A stretch of 64,000 nucleotides of DNA from an uncultured delta proteobacterium (lineage in GTDB: Bacteria > Myxococcota > Myxococcia > Myxococcales > Myxococcaceae). The stretch lies in assembly GCA_963713045.1 (NCBI GenBank), contig CAVQKE010000006.1, positions 192,001 through 256,000 of the forward strand, read 5' to 3'. This document shows, piece after piece, positions 30,266-41,452 of the stretch. The translations under genes were made by a program, and so were the position numbers. The stretch's first letter is position 1. Every line of letters starts with the position of its first letter. The notes beneath the pieces are model-generated. The model was not told where the DNA came from and made no database searches. It saw nothing but the letters and a program-made list of their open reading frames with translations.

Positions 30266-32974
30266 ATGCGCTGTCCTACGTGCGCCGTCCCGCTTCCCGC
30301 CGGCGAGGGGCGCTGCCCCGCATGCGGGACAGCCGCAATGACGTCGGCGCGCAACCTGGAAGAGACCCTGCCGAGCGTGGGGCCGCCCGAGGGTAACCCG
30401 CCGTCGGGCGCGTTCATCGCGCCCACCGAAGCGGGGCGATTCGAGACCGGCACGATTCTCGCCGGCCGCTACCGGATCGTCGGCCTTCTCGGACGCGGCG
30501 GCATGGGGGAAGTCTACCGGGCCGACGATCTGAAGCTTGGGCGAGCGGTCGCACTCAAGTTTCTTCCGGAAGGGATGGACCGGGATCAGGGACGTCTGGT
30601 CCGCTTCCTAAACGAGGTCCGCACGGCGCTTCGGGTGACCCATCTCAACGTCTGTCGTGTCCACGACGTGGGCGAGTTCGGAGGGTACCACTTCCTCTCC
30701 ATGGAATACGTCGATGGAGAAGACCTGGCCACGCTCCTGCGGCGGATCGGCCGTCTTCCGGAAGACCGTGCCATCCGGGTCGCGCGGCAACTCTGCGCCG
30801 GCCTCGGCGCGGCCCACACGGAGGGTGTCCTGCACCGCGACCTCAAACCCGCGAACGTTATGATCGACGGTCGCGGCGACGCTAGAGATCACTGACTTCG
30901 GTATCGCTGGCGCGGTGGGGGAATTCCACGACGAAGGAGATCCGGGTCGGTACACCGGCGTACATGTCCCCGGAGCAGATGGAAGGCCGCGAGGTCACCG
31001 TCCGAAGCGACATCTACTCGATGGGGCTGGTCCTCTATGAACTCTTCTCGGGGAAACCAGGCTTCGAGGGAGGGTCGCTGCCGGATATCGCGCGCAGTCG
31101 GGCGACAGATCCTCCGAGCCTCTCTACTGTGGTGCCGGGCCTCGATCCGGCAGTCGGGCGCATCGTCGCCCGGTGTCAGCCTACCGACCCCGCGGCCCGG
31201 CCGTCCTCGGCGGCCGCCATCGCAGCGGCGCTTCCCGGCGGCTATCCCCTGGCGGCGGCGTTGGCAGCTGGGGAGACCCCATCGCCGGAGATGGTGGCCG
31301 AGTCGGGACCCTCCAGCGGTCTGCGACCCGGCGCGGCGGTCGCGCTCGTGGTTGTCGCGGTCATCGCCCTCGTCGGGGTCTGCGGTTCTGTCGAGCTGCA
31401 CAGTGCTGGTCAGCCGGGTGGCGCTCGATTCTCTCTCCCGGTCCTTGCCAACAAGGCCAGCGACGTGATCCGCGCTGCGGGGTGGGGCGAAGCGACGCAG
31501 GATCGCGTTTTCGAGTGGGTTCCGAACGTGCCTTACTACGAGCACTGGTCCGCGACGAGCCAAGCGCCGATCGATGGCGCGCTTTCGACCGGACGTGTCC
31601 CCCCGCCTGCTCTTCGCCTACCGCGAAAGCCCGGAACCGCTGGTGAGGATAAACCCGGGCACTGTTGGCGAATGGATGAGCGACCCCCCGCCGTCGGAGG
31701 CCGGAATGGTGGAGGTGCAGCTCGACGCCGATGGTCGCCTCCGCGCCTTCCGGGCGACCCCTAGACCCTTCGAGTCGAGCGAACGAACCGGCGGCAACGT
31801 CGACTTCGCTTTCTTTTTCCGGGCAGCCGGGCCTCGACCTTGCGACCTTCACCGTGGCGGAACCGGTCCTTAGCCAGGAGACGTTTTGCGGGACGTCGCA
31901 CCGCATGGATTGGCCACTATTCCGAAGTGGCTGACTGGGACGTCCGAATCGAGGGAGCGACCCTTGCCGGCCGCGTCGTCGCGTTCCGGATCCTCGACCC
32001 GTGGGACCGGGCATACATAGAGGCATCGCCGCCGCCGAGCTTCTGGTCACGGGTCGGAAGCACGACAAAGGCGCTGGTGTTCGTCGTGGGGGTCGTTGGC
32101 GCGGGCGTCCTGGCGGTCCGCGACGTTCGGCAGGGGCGCGGGGACCAACGTACGGCGCTCCGGTTCGGGCTCTACCTGGCCGCCGGACGACTCCTGGTGC
32201 TCCTTGCGGCCCATCACCTCGCGTGAGAACGACGAGATTAGCGTGCTCACCGCCCACATCGCGTGGGCCGCATTTTGGTTCGTGCTCGCCTACATCTGTC
32301 TGCTGTCGAGCCTACGCCCGGCGCTGTGGCCCGAGATGCTCGTCGTGGGTGCGGCTCTTCGGCGGCCGGTTTCGTGATGCACGGGTCGGGCGGGACTCGC
32401 TGATCGGCGTCGTGGCGGCTGGCGTGGGTCGCACTCGTGAGAGCGCCTCTACAGGTGCGCCCCGCAGTGGTTCGGGCTTCCAGATGCCGGCCAGTCGACC
32501 AACTCCTGGTCTTTGGAATCGCTGCGTGGCTTCGGCCCGACCCTCGCGTCGTTGGCAGGTGTGCACGTCGTCTCGGTTCTCAACAACTTCATTGGAATCA
32601 GTGCTCTTCCTGGTGATGCGGTATCGCGCGCCGGACGTGGGTCGCCGTGGTGCTTGTCTCGGTCGTTTTCGCCGCCGTGTTCTACCGAGGAAGAGGCTCC
32701 CCATGGCTTTATTTGGCCTTCATCGCCGTGTTCTTGGCGATCCTCTGGACGCGTCCTATTCCGGGGAGGGCTGCTGTCCGTGCTTCTCATGCTCAGCGTG
32801 GCGGATATGCTCCAAGCCATCCGCGTCACCGCTGATCTCGCGGAGTGGCACGCGCTGCCCATGTGGATCACATTTGGCGCGGTGTCCGCTGTGGCTCTGT
32901 GGGGCTTTCGTTCCGCCGTCGCGGGTCGGCCGCTCTTCCGGGAAGAGATCCAGAGCAGCGTGCCGTTGGCCTAG
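30266..32974 (+). pseudogene. membrane Ser/Thr protein kinase, multiply frameshifted
   Basis: GRGGMGEVY, VALK, HRDLKPAN; DFG and MSPEQ in shifted frames; TM-rich C-terminus split across frames. Confidence 0.8.
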
Positions 32975-33003
32975 GATGACGGTTCTCAACGGCCGTGTCT
33001 GCT

Positions 33004-33126
33004 ACACCGGCGATGCAGTCAGTTTTACTGAGGACGTTTTCTTCTGGCTGAACGCGGACTTGGCCACTCCGCTACGGGGACTGAAAATCCCCGTGTCGGT
33101 GGTTCGATTCCGCCCCTGGGCACTGA
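33004..33126 (+). repeat. attR: arm motif + 55 bp + perfect 51-bp core (33076-33126)
   Basis: ACACCGGCGATGCAGTC at 33004-33020; core identical to 17870-17920. Confidence 0.92.
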
Positions 33127-33676
33127 AATCGCGAGGAGGGAGGGTGCGCAAGCCGGCTCCTGTTTCTCGTGTTGATTGTCGAGTCGCTGCTGTTCGCAAC
33201 GAATCCGGCTTCTCGTTTGTCGCCTCCGGCGACTCACGGCCGATGATGTACCTCCCCTTTAAGGAAGGGCAGCAGGAGCTCTACAAGCTTTTCGTCGACA
33301 TGTTCGGGTTGGTGCTCCCGGAGAAGGTCGCTGAATACGGGTGAAGAAGGACGTGAAGATGGTCTTCGACCCCACCACGAAGGACCTCATTCAAATCGAC
33401 ACGTCCTTCGACACGGCCATCGTTCCGTTGAGTGACGCCTTCAGCTAGGCACCTCTCGCACCGCCCGCCTCGGGGATTTTGTTCATCGGAGCATTCGGAT
33501 TTCAGGCAGAGAAATCCCCGCGGCTGGTAGGACCAGGTGAGCATCGGGTTCTCCGCGCTGACGGCGAGTGACCCGTCAAGTCGAAGAGCCATTACACCGG
33601 CGGTCAGTCTTCGTCCTGCCGAATGCCTGGCCTTATACGAGCCTCTTCTTGCATTCCGCCAATCCGTGCGGTACAC

Positions 33677-33696
33677 ACTGAACCGAATGGTTCAGT
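33677..33696. promoter_or_regulatory. palindromic operator overlapping the ArsR start codon
   Basis: ACTGAACC-GAAT-GGTTCAGT perfect 8-4-8 inverted repeat. Confidence 0.65.
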
Positions 33697-34052
33697 ATTC
33701 ACTGCCCCGCCTCGACACCTCGTTCGGCGCGCTCTCGGACGCCACTCGACGCGGCGTTCTCGAGCAGCTCGCGCGTGCAGACGCTTCGATCACCGACCTT
33801 GCCGAGAAGTTCCACATGACCCTCACCGGCATGAAGAAGCATGTCGGCGTCTTGGAGCAGGCGGGGCTCGTTACCACGGAGAAGGTCGGGCGGGTGCGGA
33901 CCTGCACGCTTGGCCTGGGCCGACTGGAGGATGAGACGGCGTGGATCGAGAGGTACCGCCAGCTCTGGGACGCGCGCTTCGATGAGTTGGACAAGGTTGT
34001 CGAGGAACTGAAACGTAAGGAGAAGGTCGATGGACGCAAGAAGAGAGAGTGA
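33687..34052 (+). CDS. ArsR/SmtB family transcriptional regulator
   Basis: FGALSDATRRGVL, KHVGVLEQAGLV, KVGRVR. Confidence 0.9.
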   Translation: MVQYSLPRLDTSFGALSDATRRGVLEQLARADASITDLAEKFHMTLTGMKKHVGVLEQAGLVTTEKVGRVRTCTLGLGRLEDETAWIERYRQLWDARFDELDKVVEELKRKEKVDGRKKRE

Positions 34053-34062
34053 GCCTACCCCC

Positions 34063-34554
34063 ATGAAGAACCGCACGACGTTCGAACGGAAGTCCGAGCG
34101 TGAGCTGGTCGTTACGCGAACCTTCAACGGCCCGGCGCGCCTCGTATTCGAGGCGTGGACCAAGCCCGAGTTGCTCAAGCGGTGGTGGGCTCCGAAGTCG
34201 ACAGGCATGTCCCTGCTCTCCTGCGAGGCGGACGTTCGTGTCGGGGGCAGGTACCGTTTCGTGTTTGGCCTCGGTGCCTCAGAGCCCATGGCGTTCTACG
34301 GTAAATACCTCGAGGTAACACCGCACTCGCGCCTCGTCTGGACCAACGAGGAAGGCGGTGACAGTGGGCCCGTCACCACGGTGACCTTCGAGGAAAACGG
34401 CGGCAAGACGCTGCTGGTCGTGCACGAGCTCCATCCCTCGAAGGAAGCTCTCGACGCCGCCCGCGCCTCCGGGATGGAGGTTGGGACGCTCGAGGCCTTC
34501 GAGCAACTGGATGAGCTTCTCATCGCCCTGGGCGCGAGCGTCGGACGGTCGTGA
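34063..34554 (+). CDS. SRPBCC/AHSA1 family protein
   Basis: LVVTRTFNGPARLVFEAWTKPELLKRWW, DVRVGGRYR. Confidence 0.88.
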   Translation: MKNRTTFERKSERELVVTRTFNGPARLVFEAWTKPELLKRWWAPKSTGMSLLSCEADVRVGGRYRFVFGLGASEPMAFYGKYLEVTPHSRLVWTNEEGGDSGPVTTVTFEENGGKTLLVVHELHPSKEALDAARASGMEVGTLEAFEQLDELLIALGASVGRS

Positions 34555-34774
34555 AGTGGTCGATTTCGAGACTGGCCGCGTGTACGTTCTCGAAGCAGTT
34601 TCTGGAGGAGCTACTGAGCCGCTTCACCGGACCCGGATGCGTCCGTTGCTTTTCACAGCCGATGTGACGACGCGCTTTGCGAAGATGGTGAGCAGAGACG
34701 AGAACCGTGGCACGTGGCGCTCGGCGGTCTGCGTCGCGGCACGCGCAATCGACAGAGAGGATTGAAGCGGAGCG

Positions 34775-35542
34775 ATGCATCCAATGACTTACCCCCTGCT
34801 CGTTCTCGCGCTGAGCTTCGTGGCGCTCTGGCTATCCGAGTTCATCGGGGCCTCGATTCTCAGGCCCCGTCGAGACCTGGACGCCGGGTCGCGTGAAGAC
34901 TTTGGCATTATCGTGAGCGCCACGCTCACACTGCTCGGGCTGCTCATCGGATTCAGTTTTTCGATGGCCATCAGCCGCTATGATCAGCGCAAGAACTACG
35001 AGGAGGCGGAGGCCAATGCGATCGGCACCGAATATCTCCGGGCTGACCTGCTGCCGGCCGCCGATGCGGCGAGAGTGCGCGTGCTGCTCAGAAAATACCT
35101 CGAGCAGCGGGTTGGGTTCTACAGGTCTCGCGATGAACAACAGCTTCGCCAAGTCGACGCCTCCACTGCGCAGTTGCAGGAAGAGCTGTGGTCAGCGGTC
35201 CAGGTTCCCGCTGCGATGCAGCCCAACTCTCAGGTTGTCGCCCTGGTCGTCTCGGGGATGAACGATGTGTTGAACTCTCAGGGGTACACGCAGGCTGCCT
35301 GGTGGAACCGCATTCCACCTGCTGCCTGGATCTTGATGGCGGTGATCGCCGTCTTCTGCAACGTGCTGGTCGGTTACGGCGCGAGAGGAGGTCGAGGTAA
35401 GACCTATCTATCGCTGGTGTTACCTTTAGTGGTCGCTTTCGCCTTCTATCTCATCGCAGACCTCGATAGCCCCCGCAGCGGCATCATCCGTGTGCAGCCG
35501 CAAAACCTGCTAAGCCTGTCTCAATCCCTGCAGACGCATTAA
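34775..35542 (+). CDS. DUF4239-like membrane protein
   Basis: LLGLLIGFSFSMAISRYDQR, EANAIGT, IADLDSPRSG. Confidence 0.75.
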   Translation: MHPMTYPLLVLALSFVALWLSEFIGASILRPRRDLDAGSREDFGIIVSATLTLLGLLIGFSFSMAISRYDQRKNYEEAEANAIGTEYLRADLLPAADAARVRVLLRKYLEQRVGFYRSRDEQQLRQVDASTAQLQEELWSAVQVPAAMQPNSQVVALVVSGMNDVLNSQGYTQAAWWNRIPPAAWILMAVIAVFCNVLVGYGARGGRGKTYLSLVLPLVVAFAFYLIADLDSPRSGIIRVQPQNLLSLSQSLQTH

Positions 35543-35741
35543 CGATAATTCTTGCATCGACGAATCGGTTGGTGCCGTCGACGGGCATCACCTCTCAACG
35601 GCGCGAATTTCGCCTCGCTGCTCCTCTCCGCCATCGCGGGCGCGGCGAGCGCCGATAGGCGAAGTGGGCATGCTTGGCCTTGCGTCACGCACGTCATGTC
35701 GGGTACGGATAGAGCACCCGCTTGGCGATGTCTGAGCTGTT

Positions 35742-35950
35742 ACATCGGCGATGCAGTCGGGTTCAGCGCCTCCGCTTTCTGTTGGGACTGCGGGGGCTTG
35801 GCTAGACTGCTACCGGGACTGAGAACCCCACGGTGCGTGGGTTCGAATACGCCGCTGAGTAGTGATTTCACGCCTTGAGCGCTCCTCCAAATCCAATCCA
35901 TCCACTTTTTCCGCCCAACTTCAGTTTGTTTGCGATACCAGAGGTTTCAG
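35742..35950 (+). repeat. degenerate attP-like junction: right-end arm + core + left-end sequence (integrase 3' remnant)
   Basis: Arm 35742-35758, 55-bp spacer, degenerate core 35814-35865, then TCCAATCCATCCACTTTTTCCGCCCAA matching the sequence just after the tRNA. Confidence 0.85.
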
Positions 35951-35973
35951 AACCAAGCGGGGAGGAACAACGC

Positions 35974-36546
35974 ATGGCAACGGACAAACCCATCATGCAT
36001 GAAGTGAAGAGCCGTTCGGCGTGGAGCATCGTCATGGGAGTGGTCGTAGCCGCGCTGGGCATTGTGCTCATCGTCTATCCATTCGCGACCGGGGCCATCA
36101 CCACCATCTTCCTCGGCTGGATACTCGTCCTGGCGGGTGTGGCCGGGGTGGTCCACGCATTCGGCTCCCAAAGTCCCGGGAGCTTCATCATGCGGATCCT
36201 GATCGCGGCGCTCTACGTCATTGCCGGCATCATGCTGGTCGCCTTTCCTCTCGCAGGCGTGGAGAGTCTGACGCTTTTGGTTGGCGCACTCTTCGTGGTG
36301 CGCGGCGTGGTGGCGCTGGTGGAGGGGTTTCGATTGCGACCCCTCGACGGGTGGACTTGGCTCCTGGCCGACGCGCTGTTCAGCGGCGCGGCAGGCATCC
36401 TCATCCTGGCCAAGTGGCCCTCCAGCAGTTTCTGGGCCGTGGGGACCCTGGTCGGTGCATCCATCCTGGTGACGGGCATCTCCAAAATCGCGCTGGCCAC
36501 CGCGGTTCACGGCGGTGCTGCCCGGCTGGCTCAAGACATCAAGTGA
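35974..36546 (+). CDS. HdeD/DUF308 family membrane protein
   Basis: Six TM helices, KWPSSSFWAVGTLVG; good RBS. Confidence 0.8.
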   Translation: MATDKPIMHEVKSRSAWSIVMGVVVAALGIVLIVYPFATGAITTIFLGWILVLAGVAGVVHAFGSQSPGSFIMRILIAALYVIAGIMLVAFPLAGVESLTLLVGALFVVRGVVALVEGFRLRPLDGWTWLLADALFSGAAGILILAKWPSSSFWAVGTLVGASILVTGISKIALATAVHGGAARLAQDIK

Positions 36547-36761
36547 CGGCGGCAGTTCTTCTGGTCAAGACACCGAGGACCAGGCTTGGACGGCACTCGC
36601 CATTGCTGCGCTAAGGGCCCGTCCTCCAGTCCCTCGAGGATGGGCCTGGAGCGCCGCCCCTTTGGGGACCGGCGGCCTCACCCCCGCTCGGTCTGGACGC
36701 AAACCCCCGTCCGCTGGCACCCGCCCCAACCGCATTCACTTCGCCCAAAACCGGGCGTGTG

Positions 36762-39167
36762 TCAGCGCTTGGCGTGGGCCTTTGCCCGCGCAAGGGCCGA
36801 CTGGAAGCGGGGGTCGCTGCGCAGCGGCTCGAGATACTTCTCCGTCTGGAGGGATTCGGCGTCCGTGCCGGAATCGACTGCTTGAGTGAGCCATCCGAAG
36901 GCCTCATCCGGGCGCGACGTCTGGCCGGCCACCTCCGCCAGCATCAAGAGCGTCTGGCTGAGCTCGGCGGAGTTCGGGCCTGCTTTCCGCGTCGAGACCA
37001 AGGCCTGCTGGAGGATGAGTTCCGCATCGGAGAACCGGCCCAGGCCCATCAAGGCCTCCGCCAGGACGCAGCGCGTGGAGTTCGTCCAGGGATGGTCGAC
37101 TCCGAGGACTTTCTTCCGGAGCACCAGCGTTTGGCGGGCCAACGTTTCCCCCTCCTGAGCGTGGCCCATCTCCGTCAGGGAATTGGCGAAGTTGTTCATC
37201 ATGGTGAGCGTATCTGGATGTTCCGGCCCCAGGGCGTGCTGGGTTCCGGCCAGCGATTGTCGGCCCATCACAATCGCCTCATCGTGCTTTCCCTCAAGCT
37301 GGAGAACCCGCGCCAGCGAGGCAAGCGCCCGTAGCCGGGTCGGGTCCTCGGGGCCTCGAGAGGCCTGGTCCAGCGCTGCGAGGACCTCGCGAAACGCTGT
37401 CTCGGCTTCGGCCTGCCGGCCTGCCGTGCTCAGTCCAATGGCCAGATTCAACTGCGCGCTGATGGTCAGGCGGTCCGTCTTGCCAAGCTTGAGGAGACGA
37501 GCTTCGTAGACCTTCTTGAAGAGGGTCACCGCCGCGTCATGGTGCCCGGCGATGCTCTCCATGACTGCGAGTGAATTCGTCGCCGCGAGCATCGTCGGGT
37601 CACCCGGCTCCAGGACACGTTGGCCCTCGTCCAAGGCCTGCCGGGCCAGCTGTGTTGCCTCCGGGAACTTTCCCAACCGGAAGAGGGCAAAGGCGAGGTT
37701 CGCCCGGGCCCTGATGATGCCCTCTTTCTGCTTCCCTCCGGAAACGGCACTCCAGGCGTCCAGCTCTCGACGGATTAAGGTCTCGGCCGTCTTGAAGAGT
37801 CCGAGGCCCCCATAGGCTTTGGCCATCGTTCCGAGCATGCGGGCTCTGAGTTCAGGCTGGTCCGCCAGCTTCGTGTCGATGTCCGCTGCCGCCTTGTCCA
37901 GTAGCTCCCGGGCGGTCACCGTATTGCCGCGCGCTTCGTCAGGGTCAGAGACATCGAAGAGGTGGGTGAGAAAGGCGGCAACACCCTCCGCCGCGGCGGC
38001 TTCGCGGGCGATTCGACGCGCCTGGACCGCGGTGCTGATGGAAAAGCCGACCAGCAACAGCGCTAGACCGACTGCGATGGCCACGCCCAGTCGGTGCCGG
38101 CGAACGTAGCGGGAGATGCGATACAGGCGGCTCGGCGCCCTGGCGAGTACTGGCTCGTGACGAAGGTGGCGTTGGAGATCTGCCGCCAAATCACTGGGCG
38201 AGCCGTAGCGCCGTCGCCGGTCCTTCTCCATCGCCTTCATGGTGATGGCGTCCAAGTCTCCCTGCAGCCTCCGGCGAAGAGCACCCGAGTCGGTGCTTCG
38301 GCTTCTCGCTGCACCCTCCGCCGCATCCCCGAGCGTGCTGAGCTTGGTGCTCGGCTTCGGCGGCTCCACTTCCTTCAACTGGCGTCGAAGCTCCTCGATG
38401 CCGGACGAGCGAAGCGTCTTCGACGTGAACGGGAGCTCTCCGCTGAGAAGTTGATAGAGAATGACCCCCAGCGAGTAGACGTCCGTCCTGGTGTCCACAT
38501 CCTGGCCCGTGAGTTCGGCCTGCTCCGGGCTCATGTATTCAGGCGTTCCGACGACGGCGCCCAGCTCGGTGACGAGGGTTTTTTCGGTCAACCGCGAGCC
38601 AGTCGCCTTGGCGATGCCGAAGTCGATGATTTTCAGTTGAGCTTTTCCATCCACCAACGCCACCAGAATGTTCGACGGCTTCAAGTCGCGATGGATGATT
38701 GCCTTTTGGTGAGCGTGCTGAACGCCGTCGCAAACCTCGCGCATCAGTTCGAGTCGTTCTTCGGTCGATAGCTTGTGGGTGTCGCAATGCTCGGTGATGG
38801 AGACGCCGGCGACGTACTCCATGACGAAGTACGGCCGGCCTTCAGTCGTGCTGCCACCATCGAGGACTCTTGCGATGGCCGGGTGATCCATCAGGGCCAG
38901 GGCTTGTCGCTCGCTCTCGAAGCGAGCGACGACCTGTTTTGTATCCATCCCCGCCTTAATGACTTTGATGGCCACTCTGCGGCGGACGGGCTCCCGCTGC
39001 TCGGCAAGCCACACCTCGCCCATGCCTCCTTCGCCGATGAGTTGAAGCAAGCGGTAGGGCCCGATGCGCTTCCCAAGCTCCGAGGGCTCCGCGCGGACAT
39101 TCGGGGAGGAACCGAGCGCGAGGGTGTCCTCAATCCCAGTCGCCTTAGACTCTGGCTCTCCTGACAT
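36762..39167 (-). CDS. Ser/Thr protein kinase with TPR repeats
   Basis: GEGGMGEV, HRDLKPSN, DFG, GTPEYMSPEQ, TM helix, GxxHPxT TPRs. Confidence 0.92.
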   Translation of the reverse strand: MSGEPESKATGIEDTLALGSSPNVRAEPSELGKRIGPYRLLQLIGEGGMGEVWLAEQREPVRRRVAIKVIKAGMDTKQVVARFESERQALALMDHPAIARVLDGGSTTEGRPYFVMEYVAGVSITEHCDTHKLSTEERLELMREVCDGVQHAHQKAIIHRDLKPSNILVALVDGKAQLKIIDFGIAKATGSRLTEKTLVTELGAVVGTPEYMSPEQAELTGQDVDTRTDVYSLGVILYQLLSGELPFTSKTLRSSGIEELRRQLKEVEPPKPSTKLSTLGDAAEGAARSRSTDSGALRRRLQGDLDAITMKAMEKDRRRRYGSPSDLAADLQRHLRHEPVLARAPSRLYRISRYVRRHRLGVAIAVGLALLLVGFSISTAVQARRIAREAAAAEGVAAFLTHLFDVSDPDEARGNTVTARELLDKAAADIDTKLADQPELRARMLGTMAKAYGGLGLFKTAETLIRRELDAWSAVSGGKQKEGIIRARANLAFALFRLGKFPEATQLARQALDEGQRVLEPGDPTMLAATNSLAVMESIAGHHDAAVTLFKKVYEARLLKLGKTDRLTISAQLNLAIGLSTAGRQAEAETAFREVLAALDQASRGPEDPTRLRALASLARVLQLEGKHDEAIVMGRQSLAGTQHALGPEHPDTLTMMNNFANSLTEMGHAQEGETLARQTLVLRKKVLGVDHPWTNSTRCVLAEALMGLGRFSDAELILQQALVSTRKAGPNSAELSQTLLMLAEVAGQTSRPDEAFGWLTQAVDSGTDAESLQTEKYLEPLRSDPRFQSALARAKAHAKR

Positions 39168-39414
39168 TGGCCTCCTTCCCCGCCCCCCGGGATCGGCAGG
39201 AAGCTACCTCGTATTGAGTCCGTATTGGGCCATCAGCACCAGAGTTGCTTTGTACCGAAGTCATCGGGGCTCGATGACTTCATGACGAGCAGTCGCGAGT
39301 TGGGTTGTCGGCCCCCGCGGCATTCCACGACTTGGGAGACTACGGCAGCCTTTTCTCGTCGTACGCTGCTTCTCTCGGTGTGCGCGATTGCTGTCTGCGT
39401 ATGCGCTGTTGGGG

Positions 39415-39982
39415 CTAAGGAGCGCCATCCTTCGTCCTCGCCGCGTGGATGGTGAAGACCCGTTTCATCGGACCGCCTGGCGGTCCCGCATCGCCAGTTT
39501 GCGTGAAGGACCGGGCAGTGATCTCCGAGTACGCCTCGCGCCACAACGTTGTCTGCCCATCGGTTCCGTGCTCGACTTCTTCGATGACCAGCTGCGTCCC
39601 GTCCCAGTGGATTGAGATGTCGGTCAAGGCGCCTTTCACATCGCAGACCTGAGGATTGCCGGTGTTGCACTCCAGCCCGGCCAGCTTCTGCGTCTTGCGG
39701 TCCTGCCAGACGAGTCCCAGCAGGTGCAGTTCCTTCCCGAGCAGCTGAAGATGCTCCTCCTCGACGAGAACCAGTCCATTGGTGGAAACACGCCAGGTCT
39801 CCGTCCCTCGTGTCTCGCTAGGACGAGGCTTACCCTGCTGCGGCTCGAACTGAACGCTCAGCGTCCAGCTTCCGGCCGAGGCTTTCGAAGCTTGCGACCG
39901 GCGCTCCGGAGTCCTGGGCCTGTGCGGCGAGCGAAGCCAACGGTAGAAGCGCCAGTGCAAAGCGAATCAATGATGGTTGCAT
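39415..39982 (-). pseudogene. secreted hypothetical protein, one frameshift
   Basis: Signal peptide MQPSLIRFALALLPLASLAAQA is in a different frame from the body GSWTLSVQFEP... Confidence 0.5.
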
Positions 39983-40027
39983 CGTCAATCGCTCGCGCCC
40001 TAAGAGCAGCGAATCCATTCGCGATGC

Positions 40028-41452
40028 CTACTCGTCTGTGATGTCCGCCTCCACCAGAGGCTTAAAGCCCAGCCGCGGATAGGCGCGTCCGCGCTTGACG
40101 GTGAGCTCGATGCTCTTGAAATTTGCGACATCAGCGAGCGGGTTTCTGCTGAGGACAATCATGTTGGCCAGCTTTCCTTCAGCGATGCTGCCCATCTCCG
40201 CTTCCTGACCCGCCGCCCGGGCCCCGATTAACGTCGCCGATTGGATGACTGCATTGGGCGGCATCTTCGCACCGTGAACCAGCCAAGAAAGCTCATGAAA
40301 CAGGTCGGGCCAGGGGTCGTCCCAAGGGGCCACGTTGTCCGTTCCGGCCGAAATGGGGACGCCGGCGCGGTAGGCCTGGCCGGTGATGGCGGCGCCAGTC
40401 GTGGCATCGCATTTGGTGCGTTGGGCTTGCGGAGTTGTCTGGACCTCGTGGTCGAAGACCTCGTAGGTCCAGACGGTGGCGTCAAGGATGGTTCCGCGTT
40501 TTACCATCTCAGCGAAGACTGCTTCGAGGAGAGGGTTCTTGCCGGAGGCGAACGGCTCGAGCGGAACCCTTTCGCGGTGGGCGTAGGTGGAAAGCTGGTG
40601 TGCAGCCTCTTGGATGAGCAAACAAGAATGGGAGATTGCATCCACTCCAGCGCGCACCACCTCTGACGGTCTTGCGAGAAAAAGCGTTGAATGCGCCCAA
40701 ACCAGCATGTGTTGACGATGCGCCTCGGCAACAATTTGGCCCGCGAGTTCCGGCGATAGGTCGCTGTAGAGTTTGATGGCCGTTGCGTTGGTTCCACGCG
40801 CCATGGCAACGGCGAGTGGCAGGTCCGTCTTATCCGTCACCGCCTGCAGCCAGGGGGCGCTACTGGCCTTTAAGCCGGCAGTCACCTGTGCCGTCCGCGG
40901 GTCGGAAAAGAAAGTCGGTCCAGCCATCACTGCCGCGTAATAGACGTCCGAACCTTCAATCTCTCCCACCAGGCTGGCTCGTGTGATGTCGGCCAGCGAC
41001 CGAAGGTCGTCGGCCATGTCACGGACGGCTGTGACGCCGCCATACAGGTCTCGGCGCAACATCGCTTGGGCTTGTCGCCGATTCGGTGGCGTCGCCAGAT
41101 GCACATGCGAATCAATCAACCCGGGGAGTAAGAACCGGCCGGTCAAATCCACAATTTTCGCACCCTGCAAGAGACTCGGGGTGGCATCCCTGTCGGCGAG
41201 GATGCGGACGATGCGCTCGCCGTCGACCACGACGTCCATGGACGGCCGTGGCGGCCCCGCTGTCCCGTCGATGAGCGTGGCGTTCCGGTACACGACAATC
41301 GTTCCGGCATCCGGTGGAGCGAATGGGGTTGGCGTTCCGGCAAGACCTGCTTCGGGCACCATCAGCAAGCGCACGACGCTCAAGATGCAGACGGCACGAC
41401 CGCCTCGGCGAAGAGAAAATCTCGTCATTGCGGCTGACGCCTGCACGCTCAT
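40028..41452 (-). CDS. amidohydrolase family protein
   Basis: LLPGLIDSHVH, GTD, GSIAEGKLAN. Confidence 0.88.
   Translation of the reverse strand: MSVQASAAMTRFSLRRGGRAVCILSVVRLLMVPEAGLAGTPTPFAPPDAGTIVVYRNATLIDGTAGPPRPSMDVVVDGERIVRILADRDATPSLLQGAKIVDLTGRFLLPGLIDSHVHLATPPNRRQAQAMLRRDLYGGVTAVRDMADDLRSLADITRASLVGEIEGSDVYYAAVMAGPTFFSDPRTAQVTAGLKASSAPWLQAVTDKTDLPLAVAMARGTNATAIKLYSDLSPELAGQIVAEAHRQHMLVWAHSTLFLARPSEVVRAGVDAISHSCLLIQEAAHQLSTYAHRERVPLEPFASGKNPLLEAVFAEMVKRGTILDATVWTYEVFDHEVQTTPQAQRTKCDATTGAAITGQAYRAGVPISAGTDNVAPWDDPWPDLFHELSWLVHGAKMPPNAVIQSATLIGARAAGQEAEMGSIAEGKLANMIVLSRNPLADVANFKSIELTVKRGRAYPRLGFKPLVEADITDE

Larger units (their letters stand above)
17870..33126. mobile_element. integrative (probably mobilisable) element at tRNA-Phe, about 15.2 kb, decaying
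   Basis: 51-bp direct repeats, adjacent tyrosine integrase, Xis-like gene, ParB, Replic_Relax-like, VirD4-like, HicAB; many frameshifts. Confidence 0.88.

Noticed and set aside
33076..33126. Second tRNA-Phe gene (also the copies at 35814 and 47973)
   Set aside because: They lack the 5' acceptor strand and D arm; they are att duplications.
17870..33126. Prophage
   Set aside because: No terminase, capsid, tail or lysis genes are recognisable.
33592..33609. Additional arm-like motif TACACCGGCGGTCAGTC
   Set aside because: Gapped match with no core at the expected 55-bp distance; may be chance.
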